A DNA stretch of 38,592 bases. It comes from an uncultured Eubacteriales bacterium. Lineage in GTDB: Bacteria; Bacillota; Clostridia; Oscillospirales; RGIG577. Under the pieces are notes generated by a model. That model was given only the letters and a program-made list of their open reading frames with translations. It was not told where the DNA came from and made no database searches. Of the stretch, positions 26,740-35,156 are shown one piece after another (position 1 is the first letter of the stretch; each line of letters begins with the position of its first letter). The DNA lies in contig CAZMCJ010000002.1 of the NCBI GenBank assembly GCA_964564795.1, positions 1 through 38,592 of the forward strand, written 5' to 3'. The translations under genes and the position numbers were made by a program.

Positions 26740-27402
26740 TTATTTCCTCTTTTTCTTTTCCCCCACACCACCTGTTTTTACAAAGTAATTGCAAAAGAGC
26801 GAAAGCTCGCAAATATCGCACTTTGGTCTGCGTGCAATGCAAACCTCCCGCCCAAACCACACAAGCTGGTGGCACATCGTGCTGCCACGCATTGGAGGCA
26901 CAATTTTTTTAAGTGTCATCTCTACCTTAAGGGGGTCCTTACTATCGCACAGCCCCAAAAGGTTCGTTATTCTTATGCAGTGGGTATCCGCCACGATTGC
27001 TGGCTTTCCGTAAATATCCCCTACAATCAAATTTGCACTCTTGCGTCCAATGCCGGGTAGTGTTAGCAAATCGTCAATATTATCAGGCACTTTGCCCCCA
27101 AAATCGCTTATCAGCTTTTTACACATATCAACAATATTCTGACCCTTAACTTTGTAAAAGCCGCATGACTTCACAATTTCCATAACATCCAGCGGGTCTG
27201 CCGCCGCCAACTCCTCTAAGGTTTTGTACCTATTAAAAAGGTGTGGGGTGATAAGGTTTACCCTGGCATCTGTGCATTGGGCAGAGAGCCGCACAGCAAT
27301 CAAAAGCTCATAAGGTTGGGTGTAATTAAGGCAACAGGGCGCATCCCCGTAGCGCTTATCAAGCAAATCTAAAATGTTTAAAACTTTTTCTTTTTTTGTC
27401 AT
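26740..27402 (-). CDS. nth: Endonuclease III (DNA glycosylase/AP lyase)
   Basis: HhH motif (LPGIGRKSANLI) and a C-terminal 4Fe-4S cluster pattern (CIARRPKCDICELSLFC). The start was moved to ATG 27402 after AGAGGA. The track start is a TTG without an RBS. Confidence 0.88.
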   Translation of the reverse strand: MTKKEKVLNILDLLDKRYGDAPCCLNYTQPYELLIAVRLSAQCTDARVNLITPHLFNRYKTLEELAAADPLDVMEIVKSCGFYKVKGQNIVDMCKKLISDFGGKVPDNIDDLLTLPGIGRKSANLIVGDIYGKPAIVADTHCIRITNLLGLCDSKDPLKVEMTLKKIVPPMRGSTMCHQLVWFGREVCIARRPKCDICELSLFCNYFVKTGGVGEKKKRK

Positions 27403-27441
27403 TTTTTGTCCTCTAAAATCCTTACTTGCCAAAAAGGCAAA

Positions 27442-27455
27442 ATTGTTATAACAAT
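27442..27455. promoter_or_regulatory. Perfect 14-bp palindrome (operator-like) in the nth/glyA divergent region
   Basis: ATTGTTATAACAAT, followed by a further half-site ATTATAACAAT at 27455-27465. Confidence 0.3.
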
Positions 27456-27565
27456 ATTATAACAATTTTCCATAATAGTTGCAAATTTTTATTTAAAAAG
27501 TGTGTATCATTTTAAAATAAGGTTTGCTATAATTATTAGGAAAGAAAAGTAAAGGAAGTGTTTTT

Positions 27566-28807
27566 TTGTTTAACAGCATAGATTTTGTGAAAACAATGGA
27601 TAGCGAAGTTGGAACTGCTATGGAGGCGGAGCTTAACCGTCAACGCAGGAACATCGAGCTTATTGCATCTGAAAACTTTGTGAGCGACGCTGTTTTGGCG
27701 GCGGCTGGCAGTGTCCTAACCAATAAATATGCAGAAGGCTACCCCTCAAAAAGGTATTATGGGGGTTGCGAATGTGTGGATGTTGTGGAGAACATTGCAC
27801 GTGATAGGGCAAAGAAGCTTTTTGGTGCGGATCACGTTAACGTGCAACCACACTCTGGCGCACAAGCTAATTTAGCTGTTTATTTTGCACTTTGCGATAT
27901 TGGGGATACCATTTTGGGCATGAACCTTGCGCATGGAGGACACTTAACACATGGTAGCCCTGTTAACTTCTCGGGCAAAAACTATAATATAATCCCTTAT
28001 GGAGTTGACCCCCAAACACACATTATTGATTACGATAAATTGCGTGAGCTTGCAATTAAAGAAAAGCCAAAGCTTATTGTTGCGGGTGCAAGCGCATACC
28101 CAAGGGCTATAAAGTTTGACGTTATGGCGGAAATTGCGAAAGAGGTTGGCGCATATCTTATGGTTGACATGGCGCACATTGCAGGGCTTGTGGCAGCGGG
28201 ATTGCACCAAAGTCCGGTACCATATGCCGATGTTGTGACAACAACAACACACAAGACGCTTCGTGGGCCACGTGGCGGTATGATTATGTGTAAAGAGGAG
28301 CTTGCCGCAAAAATTGACAAGGCAATCTTCCCAGGCACACAAGGCGGACCATTAATGCACATCATTGCGGCAAAGGCAGTTGCATTTGGTGAGGCTTTGA
28401 CCGATGATTTCAAGAAATACCAACAGCAAATTGTTAAAAACTCCGTAGCATTCGCAACGGCGTTAAAGAACGAGGGCTTTAACCTTATTTCAGGTGGGAC
28501 GGATAACCACCTTGTTCTTCTTGACCTTAGGGTGTTTGGAATTACAGGCAAGGAACTTGAACACAGGTTGGACGAGGTTTACATAACTGCCAACAAAAAC
28601 ACAATTCCTAACGACCCTGCAAGCCCATTTGTTACAAGTGGTATCCGTTTGGGCACACCGGCTGTAACATCACGTGGCTTTAAGGAGAGGGATATGGCGG
28701 TTGTTGCAAACTTAATCAAACGTGCAACTGTTGATTTTGAGGGCAACAAGGAGTATATCAGGGCAGAGGTTGCCAAGCTTTGTGATAAGTATCCACTTTA
28801 TAAATAA
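27566..28807 (+). CDS. glyA: Serine hydroxymethyltransferase
   Basis: ELIASENF near the N-terminus and the PLP-lysine motif [17 protein letters not shown] start after AGGAAG. An alternative ATG at 27596 is possible. Confidence 0.92.
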   Translation: MFNSIDFVKTMDSEVGTAMEAELNRQRRNIELIASENFVSDAVLAAAGSVLTNKYAEGYPSKRYYGGCECVDVVENIARDRAKKLFGADHVNVQPHSGAQANLAVYFALCDIGDTILGMNLAHGGHLTHGSPVNFSGKNYNIIPYGVDPQTHIIDYDKLRELAIKEKPKLIVAGASAYPRAIKFDVMAEIAKEVGAYLMVDMAHIAGLVAAGLHQSPVPYADVVTTTTHKTLRGPRGGMIMCKEELAAKIDKAIFPGTQGGPLMHIIAAKAVAFGEALTDDFKKYQQQIVKNSVAFATALKNEGFNLISGGTDNHLVLLDLRVFGITGKELEHRLDEVYITANKNTIPNDPASPFVTSGIRLGTPAVTSRGFKERDMAVVANLIKRATVDFEGNKEYIRAEVAKLCDKYPLYK

Positions 28808-28815
28808 TAACTTCC

Positions 28816-28846
28816 AAAAGGCTGACTATAATAGTCAGCCTTTTTT
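28816..28846 (+). terminator. Rho-independent terminator of glyA
   Basis: GGCTGACTA-TAA-TAGTCAGCC flanked by AAAA and TTTTTT. Confidence 0.8.
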
Positions 28847-28986
28847 ATTTAAGAAAATATAAAAGATTTATTTATATGATACATTATAAAGTGAAATGAG
28901 GAACCGAATAAGAGAAAAACCTGCCCCAACACCATTTATTCCCTTTAAGTCACCATTAAAGCTTCATTTACTCCCCTATGCCACCG

Positions 28987-30486
28987 TTAAAGCTTAATTT
29001 TCCTCCACAGAGTGGAGCGACTTATTCCTAATCGTTTTGCCGCTTTGGACTGATTTCCCCCCTCCAAATCGAGGATTTTAAGTATTATGCGTGACTCAAT
29101 CTCATCAAGGGTTCCATCTAGCGAAACATTTTTGTCCACCCCCTTTTTTTCGTAGCTTTTTTCCCCAATCAGTGCATATCTAACCTCACTTTCGGTAATA
29201 TACCGCCCCTTTGCCCCCAAAACAAGACCCTTCAGCACCTTTTTAAACTGGTCGGAGTTATAGTACCAATCAAACCCCTTCAAAATTTCCAGCCCGCTCT
29301 CCTCCACACCTATTACAGATGTGCCAAGCTCGCGGTTTAATTCGCCAATATAAATGGCGCACAGACTGCTCAAATCCTCCCCCCGATCCCTTAGCGGTGG
29401 TATTGTTATTTGGGTGGCGCTTGCCTTATAGCTAAGAAAGTAAAGCAGAGGGTTACCCTCGTAATCCACTCCGTATTGGTTGCAATAGGAAAACAAAAGC
29501 TTACACCTTTTATGAAAAAATGTGGAGGAAATAAATGTCTGCAAAATTCGCAAATTACGGTCGGAAAGTGTGTGCGCATCCTTAAAATAAATAGTTTCCC
29601 CAACGCTAAGCAGGGGGGAATTTTCGTTCTGAGTCAAAAAATCCATATCCTTGTTGCTAAGAGTTTTGCACTCAATAAAAATCAGGGGGAATTTAGTGTT
29701 AGGGGAGCGGGAGTATATATAGTGTGCTAAAGCGTCCTTGCCAACCCCCCTCTCCCCAAAAATAACAGTGGGCAAAGGGCTAAGCGCACTCTCCCCTGCC
29801 TTTTCCACCGCCATTTTGTAGTTCTCATTCCCACTTTTAAAGGTGGAAAGCTCAACGGTGCCACCATCTTCCACCTTTTTATAGGTGATTGAGCTTAACT
29901 TCCGCTTTTTGATTTCCCCCTTAAGGATATTGCAAATGGTAACACATTCGTCCAAGGCGGATACAACGCTCTCCTTGCTGGAGGTTGCAAGCAGAGTGTT
30001 AAAGCCAAAGCGTTTGGCATAGGCGGTTGTCACATTGTCCCCAACAATCAGCGAAATTCCGCTGGTTTTAAGGCTGCGCAGTATGCTGTCAAGCTCTGTT
30101 TCACGGTTGATGGTTTTAATGATTAGTCCATACTTTAAAAGGTCGTTTATTATGGAAGCGGGGTGGGAGATTTCCTTAAACCCCACAACGGCAAAACTGC
30201 CACCATATCCCTTTGCAAGGGTAATGGCGCACAGCATATCAAAAACAGAAATTTTAATGTCCACAACGGGGATTTGGGTGACTTCCCTAAGCAATGTGGC
30301 AGTCCCCCCTCGGGAGATTATAATGTTAAAATTTTTATCGCTAAGGGTGGAAAAGGCTGCAACTCCGTTGTCCAAATCACCAACAACGGTCTTTATGTCC
30401 ACGTCCCGCCTGGCTTTGCAACATTCCTCCAGCAAATCCCCAAGCCCAACGTATGGCGCAATGCCCAAAATTTTAATCTTGCTCAT
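28987..30486 (-). CDS. PrpR_N-domain / degenerate AAA+ / Fis-type HTH transcriptional regulator (EBP-like, no GAFTGA)
   Basis: - PrpR_N-like region (IIISRGGTATLLREVTQIPVVDIKISVFDML).
- Walker A GERGVGKD and a weak Walker B (IYFKDA).
- PPLRDRGEDL is retained, but no GAFTGA-like loop is present.
- C-terminal HTH (AAKRLGISRSTLWRKI).
- The start was moved to ATG 30486 after GGGAG. Confidence 0.75.
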   Translation of the reverse strand: MSKIKILGIAPYVGLGDLLEECCKARRDVDIKTVVGDLDNGVAAFSTLSDKNFNIIISRGGTATLLREVTQIPVVDIKISVFDMLCAITLAKGYGGSFAVVGFKEISHPASIINDLLKYGLIIKTINRETELDSILRSLKTSGISLIVGDNVTTAYAKRFGFNTLLATSSKESVVSALDECVTICNILKGEIKKRKLSSITYKKVEDGGTVELSTFKSGNENYKMAVEKAGESALSPLPTVIFGERGVGKDALAHYIYSRSPNTKFPLIFIECKTLSNKDMDFLTQNENSPLLSVGETIYFKDAHTLSDRNLRILQTFISSTFFHKRCKLLFSYCNQYGVDYEGNPLLYFLSYKASATQITIPPLRDRGEDLSSLCAIYIGELNRELGTSVIGVEESGLEILKGFDWYYNSDQFKKVLKGLVLGAKGRYITESEVRYALIGEKSYEKKGVDKNVSLDGTLDEIESRIILKILDLEGGNQSKAAKRLGISRSTLWRKIKL

Positions 30487-30520
30487 ACAAAAATCTCCCA
30501 ACTGTGCTATTTTAGAACAC

Positions 30521-30549
30521 ATTATATCACAAACCCATTAAATTGGCAA
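30521..30549 (-). promoter_or_regulatory. Candidate sigma70 promoter of the EBP-like regulator
   Basis: On the minus strand, TTGCCA-N17-TATAAT with a TGn extended -10 (TGATATAAT). Confidence 0.5.
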
Positions 30550-30596
30550 TAATACAAAAAGCGTTTCAAAATGCAACATAAAAGAATATTTATTGA

Positions 30597-30625
30597 TTGA
30601 AAAGGGGGGGTGACCTTGCTATAAT
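30597..30625 (+). promoter_or_regulatory. Candidate sigma70 promoter of the pdxA2 operon
   Basis: TTGAAA-N17-TATAAT, 35 nt upstream of ATG 30660. An overlapping GGGGGG-N5-TTGCT is only a poor -24/-12 match. Confidence 0.5.
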
Positions 30626-30659
30626 GAAGGTAATAAAGAAAGCATTGGGAGGAATAAAA

Positions 30660-31691
30660 ATGAAACCGATTTTAGCAATAACAATGGGCGACCCAGCGGG
30701 AATAGGTGGGGAGATTACCATAAAAGCCCTTGCGCATAAGGAAATTTACGAAAGTTGTACGCCAATTGTGGTGGGGGATTACGAGGCTCTTAAAGAGGCT
30801 AACGAGTTTTGCAAAACCAACCTGATTCTAAACGAAATCACCGATGTTAAGGACGCAAAGGACGAGTTTGGCACCGTTGATTTTATTAACCTAAACCTTC
30901 TTGCACCACGTAGTTGGGAGTATAAAAAGGTGAGCGAGATTGCGGGCAGAGCCTCCTTCCTATATGTGGAAAAGGGTATTCAGCTTGCGATGGAGGGCAA
31001 GGTGCATGGCGTTGTTACAGGACCGATTAATAAAGAAGCAATAAACCTTGCGGGCTACCATTATAGCGGACACACCGAGATTTTTGCCGACTACACCAAA
31101 ACAAAGGACTACGGAATGTTGCTTATGAGCAACTCACTGCGTGTTATCCACGTAACCACCCACATTTCAATGCGTGATGCGTGCGATTTGATAACAAAGG
31201 ATAGGGTTTACACAGTTATCCGCCTTGCTTATGATGCACTAAAGGCGCTGGGATTTGACAACCCCAAGATTGGTGTTGCGGGCTTTAACGCACACTCTAG
31301 CGAGAACGGAATGTTTGGCGACCAAGAGGAAAAAGCTATTATCCCTGCAATTGAAAAGGCAAAGGGGGATGGACTATGTGTTGACGGGCCTGTTCCGCCT
31401 GATACCGTTTTTGTTAAGGCGATGAGTGGTCAGTATGATGTTGTTGTGGCAATGTACCACGACCAAGGGCATATCCCGCTAAAACTAAGCGGTTTTAAGC
31501 TTGATTTGGCAACCAACCAATACACATCAATGAGTGGTGTTAACTGCACAGTTGGGCTTCCTATTATCCGCTCCTCCGTTGACCATGGCACGGCATTTGG
31601 TAAAGCGGGAGAGGGCAGGGCAAATGAGGAAAGCTTGGTGGACGCAATCAACGTTGGTGTTACTCTTGCAAAAACAAAATTTAAAATATAA
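30660..31691 (+). CDS. pdxA2: PdxA-family NAD-dependent dehydrogenase (PdxA2-type, 4-phospho-acid-sugar or 4-phosphohydroxythreonine dehydrogenase)
   Basis: ITMGDPAGIGGEI, SGHTE, MYHDQGHIPLK and SVDHGTAFGKAG motifs. The start was moved to ATG 30660 after GGGAGG. Confidence 0.85.
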   Translation: MKPILAITMGDPAGIGGEITIKALAHKEIYESCTPIVVGDYEALKEANEFCKTNLILNEITDVKDAKDEFGTVDFINLNLLAPRSWEYKKVSEIAGRASFLYVEKGIQLAMEGKVHGVVTGPINKEAINLAGYHYSGHTEIFADYTKTKDYGMLLMSNSLRVIHVTTHISMRDACDLITKDRVYTVIRLAYDALKALGFDNPKIGVAGFNAHSSENGMFGDQEEKAIIPAIEKAKGDGLCVDGPVPPDTVFVKAMSGQYDVVVAMYHDQGHIPLKLSGFKLDLATNQYTSMSGVNCTVGLPIIRSSVDHGTAFGKAGEGRANEESLVDAINVGVTLAKTKFKI

Positions 31692-31704
31692 GGAGGAAAT
31701 GGAT

Positions 31705-32748
31705 ATGACAGGAACAATGAAGGGCATTTACAAATCAAAGCCGGAGCCGGGGGCAGAGTTCAGGGTTGACCTTCCAATCCCAGAGGTTAAGGAAAATGAG
31801 GTGCTAATCAAGGTTAGGGCAACTGCAATTTGCGGAACGGATATGCACATCTACCCGTGGGGAGAGTGGGCAGCAGCACGTTTACCACTACCTATGGTTT
31901 TTGGTCACGAATTCGCAGGGGATATTGTTGAGGTGGGCAGTGGAGTTACAGAGTACAAGGTGGGGGATAGAGTTGCGGGGGAAACGCACATTCCGTGCAA
32001 CGATTGCTTCCAATGCGCAACTGATAACCGCCATATTTGTAATAATATGCTAATCATTGGGGTGCATACACCCGGCTCGTTTTGCGATTACATATCCATC
32101 CCAAAGGACTGCGTTTATAAAATCGACGACAAGGTTTCCTACGAGATGGGCGCAATGCTAGAGCCAATGGGCGTTGGTGTTCACGGCGTTTCCCTTGGAA
32201 AGGTGGAGGGGAAAACCGTTATAATCTACGGCGCAGGGCCGATTGGGCTTATGGCTGTTGGCGCGGCAAAGCATTGGAAGGCAAAGAGGATTATCTGTAT
32301 CGACGTGTTTAACGATAAGCTGGAAATTGCAAAAACAATGGGCGCAGACGATGTAATAAACGGCAGAGAAGTGGACGCAGTTAAAGCGGCGCTCGAGCTG
32401 ACAGACGGCAACGGTGCGGATGTTGTAATTGACTACACAGGCAACCATAAGGCAATTATTGACGGCTTTAAATCCCTTAGAAAGGGCGGGACATTCGTTC
32501 TTGTTGGCTTGCCGGAAAATGATATTGTGTTCGACCTTACAACCCATATAATCTATAAAGAGGCAACCCTAATCGGCTCCACAGGCAGGCTTATGTACCA
32601 AACATGGGAAGAGTGCGAGGAGATACTTAAGGATCCCGAGTTTAGCCTTGACCCTGTTTTGGGCGGCGTTTACAAGCTGGAGGACTATGAGCAGGCATTT
32701 GCGGATATCAAAGCGGGCAAACCTGGCAAAATGATTTTAGTACCGTAA
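31705..32748 (+). CDS. Zinc-dependent MDR dehydrogenase, L-threonine 3-dehydrogenase-like
   Basis: ICGTDMHIYPWGEWAA, GHEFAG, a structural-zinc Cys cluster (CNDCFQCATDNRHIC) and GAGPIGL. The start was set to ATG 31705, 8 nt after AGGAGG. The track ORF extends back into pdxA2. Confidence 0.8.
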   Translation: MTGTMKGIYKSKPEPGAEFRVDLPIPEVKENEVLIKVRATAICGTDMHIYPWGEWAAARLPLPMVFGHEFAGDIVEVGSGVTEYKVGDRVAGETHIPCNDCFQCATDNRHICNNMLIIGVHTPGSFCDYISIPKDCVYKIDDKVSYEMGAMLEPMGVGVHGVSLGKVEGKTVIIYGAGPIGLMAVGAAKHWKAKRIICIDVFNDKLEIAKTMGADDVINGREVDAVKAALELTDGNGADVVIDYTGNHKAIIDGFKSLRKGGTFVLVGLPENDIVFDLTTHIIYKEATLIGSTGRLMYQTWEECEEILKDPEFSLDPVLGGVYKLEDYEQAFADIKAGKPGKMILVP

Positions 32749-32814
32749 AGAATTAAATTTGGGGGCTGTTGTGTAAAAGCATCAGCCCCATATAAATAAA
32801 GTTGAGGTTGCATT

Positions 32815-34053
32815 ATGATTAAATTATTGGTTATTGCAGACGATTTTACGGGTGCGCTTGATACGGGCGTGCAGTTCTCCAAAGGGGGGATTAAAACGCT
32901 GGTGACCACAAAAATTGATGTTGAATATGATAAGCTTGCACCCGATGTGCAAGTTTTGGTAATAGATGTGGAGAGCAGGCACCAAAGCGCCGATGTTGCG
33001 CATGAGCGGGTTTTGGCAGCAACAAAAGCCGCTAAAGAGGCGGGCGTTAGCTACTTTTTCAAAAAAACGGATTCCACAATGCGGGGCAACATTGGGGCGG
33101 AGCTATATGCCATGGCAAAGGGTGCAAATGCGCCGATGATGTATGTCCCTGCTTTCCCAAAAAGCGGGCGAACCACAGTGGACGGGGTGCAATATGTGGC
33201 GGGGGTGCCTGTTGCCGAAACGATTTTTGCAAAGGACCCATTCACGCCAGTAACAAACAGCAATATCTTGAATATTATTGGGCAAACAACCACGGCGCAG
33301 GCATTTTCTGTGCCAAAGCGAGGACTATATTCCACAAAAGCGGGGGAAATTAACGTTTTTGACGGTGAATCGGACGACGACCTTTTGGACATTGCAAGGC
33401 GGATTAAGGAGTCGGGGCATCTAAACGTTGTTGGTGGGTGCGCCGGATTTGGGGAGAGCGTCGAAAAAATGCTAAGGCTTAATAAGGAAGAACTTAGGCT
33501 AAGTATTGCGGATAATTCCCTCCTTATCGTGTGCGGAAGCGTCAACGAAGTATCGCTAAAGCAGATACAAAAAGGGGGGGAAATGGGCATTGAAACCCAC
33601 ACCCAAACCCCGCAGGAAAAGCTGGGGCTTTCGGATAATTTAGCTACTATAAACACGCTGGCGGACACGCTAAAGAGGGAAAAACGCCTGATTATCCGTG
33701 CAATTAGCAAGCAGAGCGAGATGGGATTGGTTGATGAATTTGCAGCGGAAAACGGAATAAGTTTAAATAAATTGCACCTTAAAATTGCCAAAAACACGGG
33801 CAAGATGGTGGGGGAAATCATGAAAAAAGCCCCCGTTTCCACGATGGTTGTGTTTGGTGGGGACACCCTGCTTGGAATTATGGAGGAGATTGGGGGCAGC
33901 GGGATAATTCCAATTGCGGAGATAACCCCCGGCGTTGTAATCTCCAAAGTTTTGTGCGATAGTTATGATTTTAACATTGTCACTAAGGCGGGCGGCTTTG
34001 GTGGGGACGATGTGATAAAAAATATCGTTGATTTTATTGAAAGTAGGGTTTGA
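32815..34053 (+). CDS. Four-carbon acid-sugar kinase family protein (DUF1537; OtnK/DtnK/DenK-like)
   Basis: The N-terminus (LLVIADDFTGALDTGVQF) is typical of DUF1537. 412 aa. Adjacent to pdxA2, as in known tetronate catabolic clusters. Confidence 0.8.
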   Translation: MIKLLVIADDFTGALDTGVQFSKGGIKTLVTTKIDVEYDKLAPDVQVLVIDVESRHQSADVAHERVLAATKAAKEAGVSYFFKKTDSTMRGNIGAELYAMAKGANAPMMYVPAFPKSGRTTVDGVQYVAGVPVAETIFAKDPFTPVTNSNILNIIGQTTTAQAFSVPKRGLYSTKAGEINVFDGESDDDLLDIARRIKESGHLNVVGGCAGFGESVEKMLRLNKEELRLSIADNSLLIVCGSVNEVSLKQIQKGGEMGIETHTQTPQEKLGLSDNLATINTLADTLKREKRLIIRAISKQSEMGLVDEFAAENGISLNKLHLKIAKNTGKMVGEIMKKAPVSTMVVFGGDTLLGIMEEIGGSGIIPIAEITPGVVISKVLCDSYDFNIVTKAGGFGGDDVIKNIVDFIESRV

Positions 34054-34056
34054 AAA

Positions 34057-34431
34057 ATGAGCAAAAGTTACGTGGAGCATACCGCAGTTTTTGTTTCGGA
34101 TTTGGACTACCACATAAAATTCTTTGCAGAGGTTTTTAACATGACGGTGACCAAAACAGGGGAAAAAGAGGGCAAAGTGTGGCAAGTTTGGCTAAGCGGC
34201 GGGGTGCAATTGGTGGAGGATAAGACATTTAAAGGGGCGGAGGGCAGGCTTGCCCACCTTGGCATAATGGTAGAAAACATGGAGGAAACCCTTGAAAAAG
34301 CATACGCAAGGGGCGCTTGCGAGATGGTGCAAGGACGCAATTGGTTTATAATCCCCTCAGGGCTTTCGGTGGAAGTTATGGAGGCGAACAACAATGCGGT
34401 TGAGCGGATTTTGGCGATAGACCCACGGTAG
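34057..34431 (+). CDS. VOC (glyoxalase/bleomycin-resistance/dioxygenase) family protein
   Basis: 124 aa. N-terminal HTAVFVSDLD and central LAHLGIMVEN beta-alpha-beta-beta-beta modules. The start lies 3 nt after the kinase stop. Confidence 0.65.
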   Translation: MSKSYVEHTAVFVSDLDYHIKFFAEVFNMTVTKTGEKEGKVWQVWLSGGVQLVEDKTFKGAEGRLAHLGIMVENMEETLEKAYARGACEMVQGRNWFIIPSGLSVEVMEANNNAVERILAIDPR

Positions 34432-34436
34432 AATAG

Positions 34437-34466
34437 AAAAAGCTATTTCGTTTGAAATAGCTTTTT
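34437..34466 (+). terminator. Rho-independent terminator of the pdxA2 operon
   Basis: AAAAAGCTATTTC-GTTT-GAAATAGCTTTTT. Confidence 0.8.
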
Positions 34467-34757
34467 CTTGATGAAGGGCGAAATATCCTAAACGAGGGCA
34501 ATAACGAAATGATTATCTAAGCAGTCCTTTGCCTGTTTTGCTATGCTTTTTATTTAGCCGATAGATTTTTACTTTTATTGATTGGCGAACCACTCCCTCA
34601 AGCGAGAATCCCCTAAATGGGTGAGATAACATTAATATTATCTAGGCTATATTTTGCTGTATTTTCTGTGTCCATTTTATTTATCCGATAGAATTTCGCC
34701 ATATACATTTTTTTATATTTATGATAAAATGGGCATAGAATAGTATAAGGAGTTTTT

Positions 34758-35156
34758 ATGAATAATATTAATATTCAAAGCTACTCGCCCCTTGCGCTTG
34801 CCTACGTGGGGGATGGGATTTTTGAAATTCTGGTGCGTACCCACATTGCAAAAAAGGGGCCAAAGCCTGTTAACACGCTGCACAAGCTTGCAAAGGAATA
34901 TGTTAGCGCCGAGAGCCAAAGCAAAATTATAGAGGGGCTTTTGCCACACCTCAGTGAAAAGGAAACGGAGTTTTTTAAGCGAGGGCGAAATGCAAAGAGC
35001 CACACAGTATCAAAAAATGCAGCCCTTATTGATTATAAAAGGGCAACGGGTATGGAGTGCCTGTTTGGCTACCTGCATTTAACAGGACAAGATGAGCGAA
35101 TAAAGGAAATTTTTGAAATGATAGTGAGGGATAAAGATGAACAAAACAGCTATTAA
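34758..35156 (+). CDS. mrnC: Mini-ribonuclease 3
   Basis: 132 aa. LALAYVGDGIFEILVR and RGRNAKS motifs. AAGGAG RBS. Confidence 0.85.
   Translation: MNNINIQSYSPLALAYVGDGIFEILVRTHIAKKGPKPVNTLHKLAKEYVSAESQSKIIEGLLPHLSEKETEFFKRGRNAKSHTVSKNAALIDYKRATGMECLFGYLHLTGQDERIKEIFEMIVRDKDEQNSY

Noticed and set aside
27433-27565. ZTP or THF riboswitch, or a T-box, in front of glyA
   Set aside because: The leader is only about 130 nt and very AT-rich. It has no GC-rich pseudoknot or specifier elements.
31534-31704. Upstream extension of the Tdh-like ORF into pdxA2, and the equivalent extension of pdxA2 at 30597-30659
   Set aside because: The extensions overlap the preceding gene or the promoter. Strong RBSs (AGGAGG, GGGAGG) sit in front of internal ATGs that give family-typical N-termini.
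33051-33947. 298-aa ORF antisense to the DUF1537 kinase. Similar antisense ORFs lie at 28030-28551 (glyA), 6827-7423 (walJ), 2707-3213 (walK) and 37171-37644 (EBP).
   Set aside because: Each lies fully inside a strongly supported sense gene. None has an RBS or a recognisable motif.
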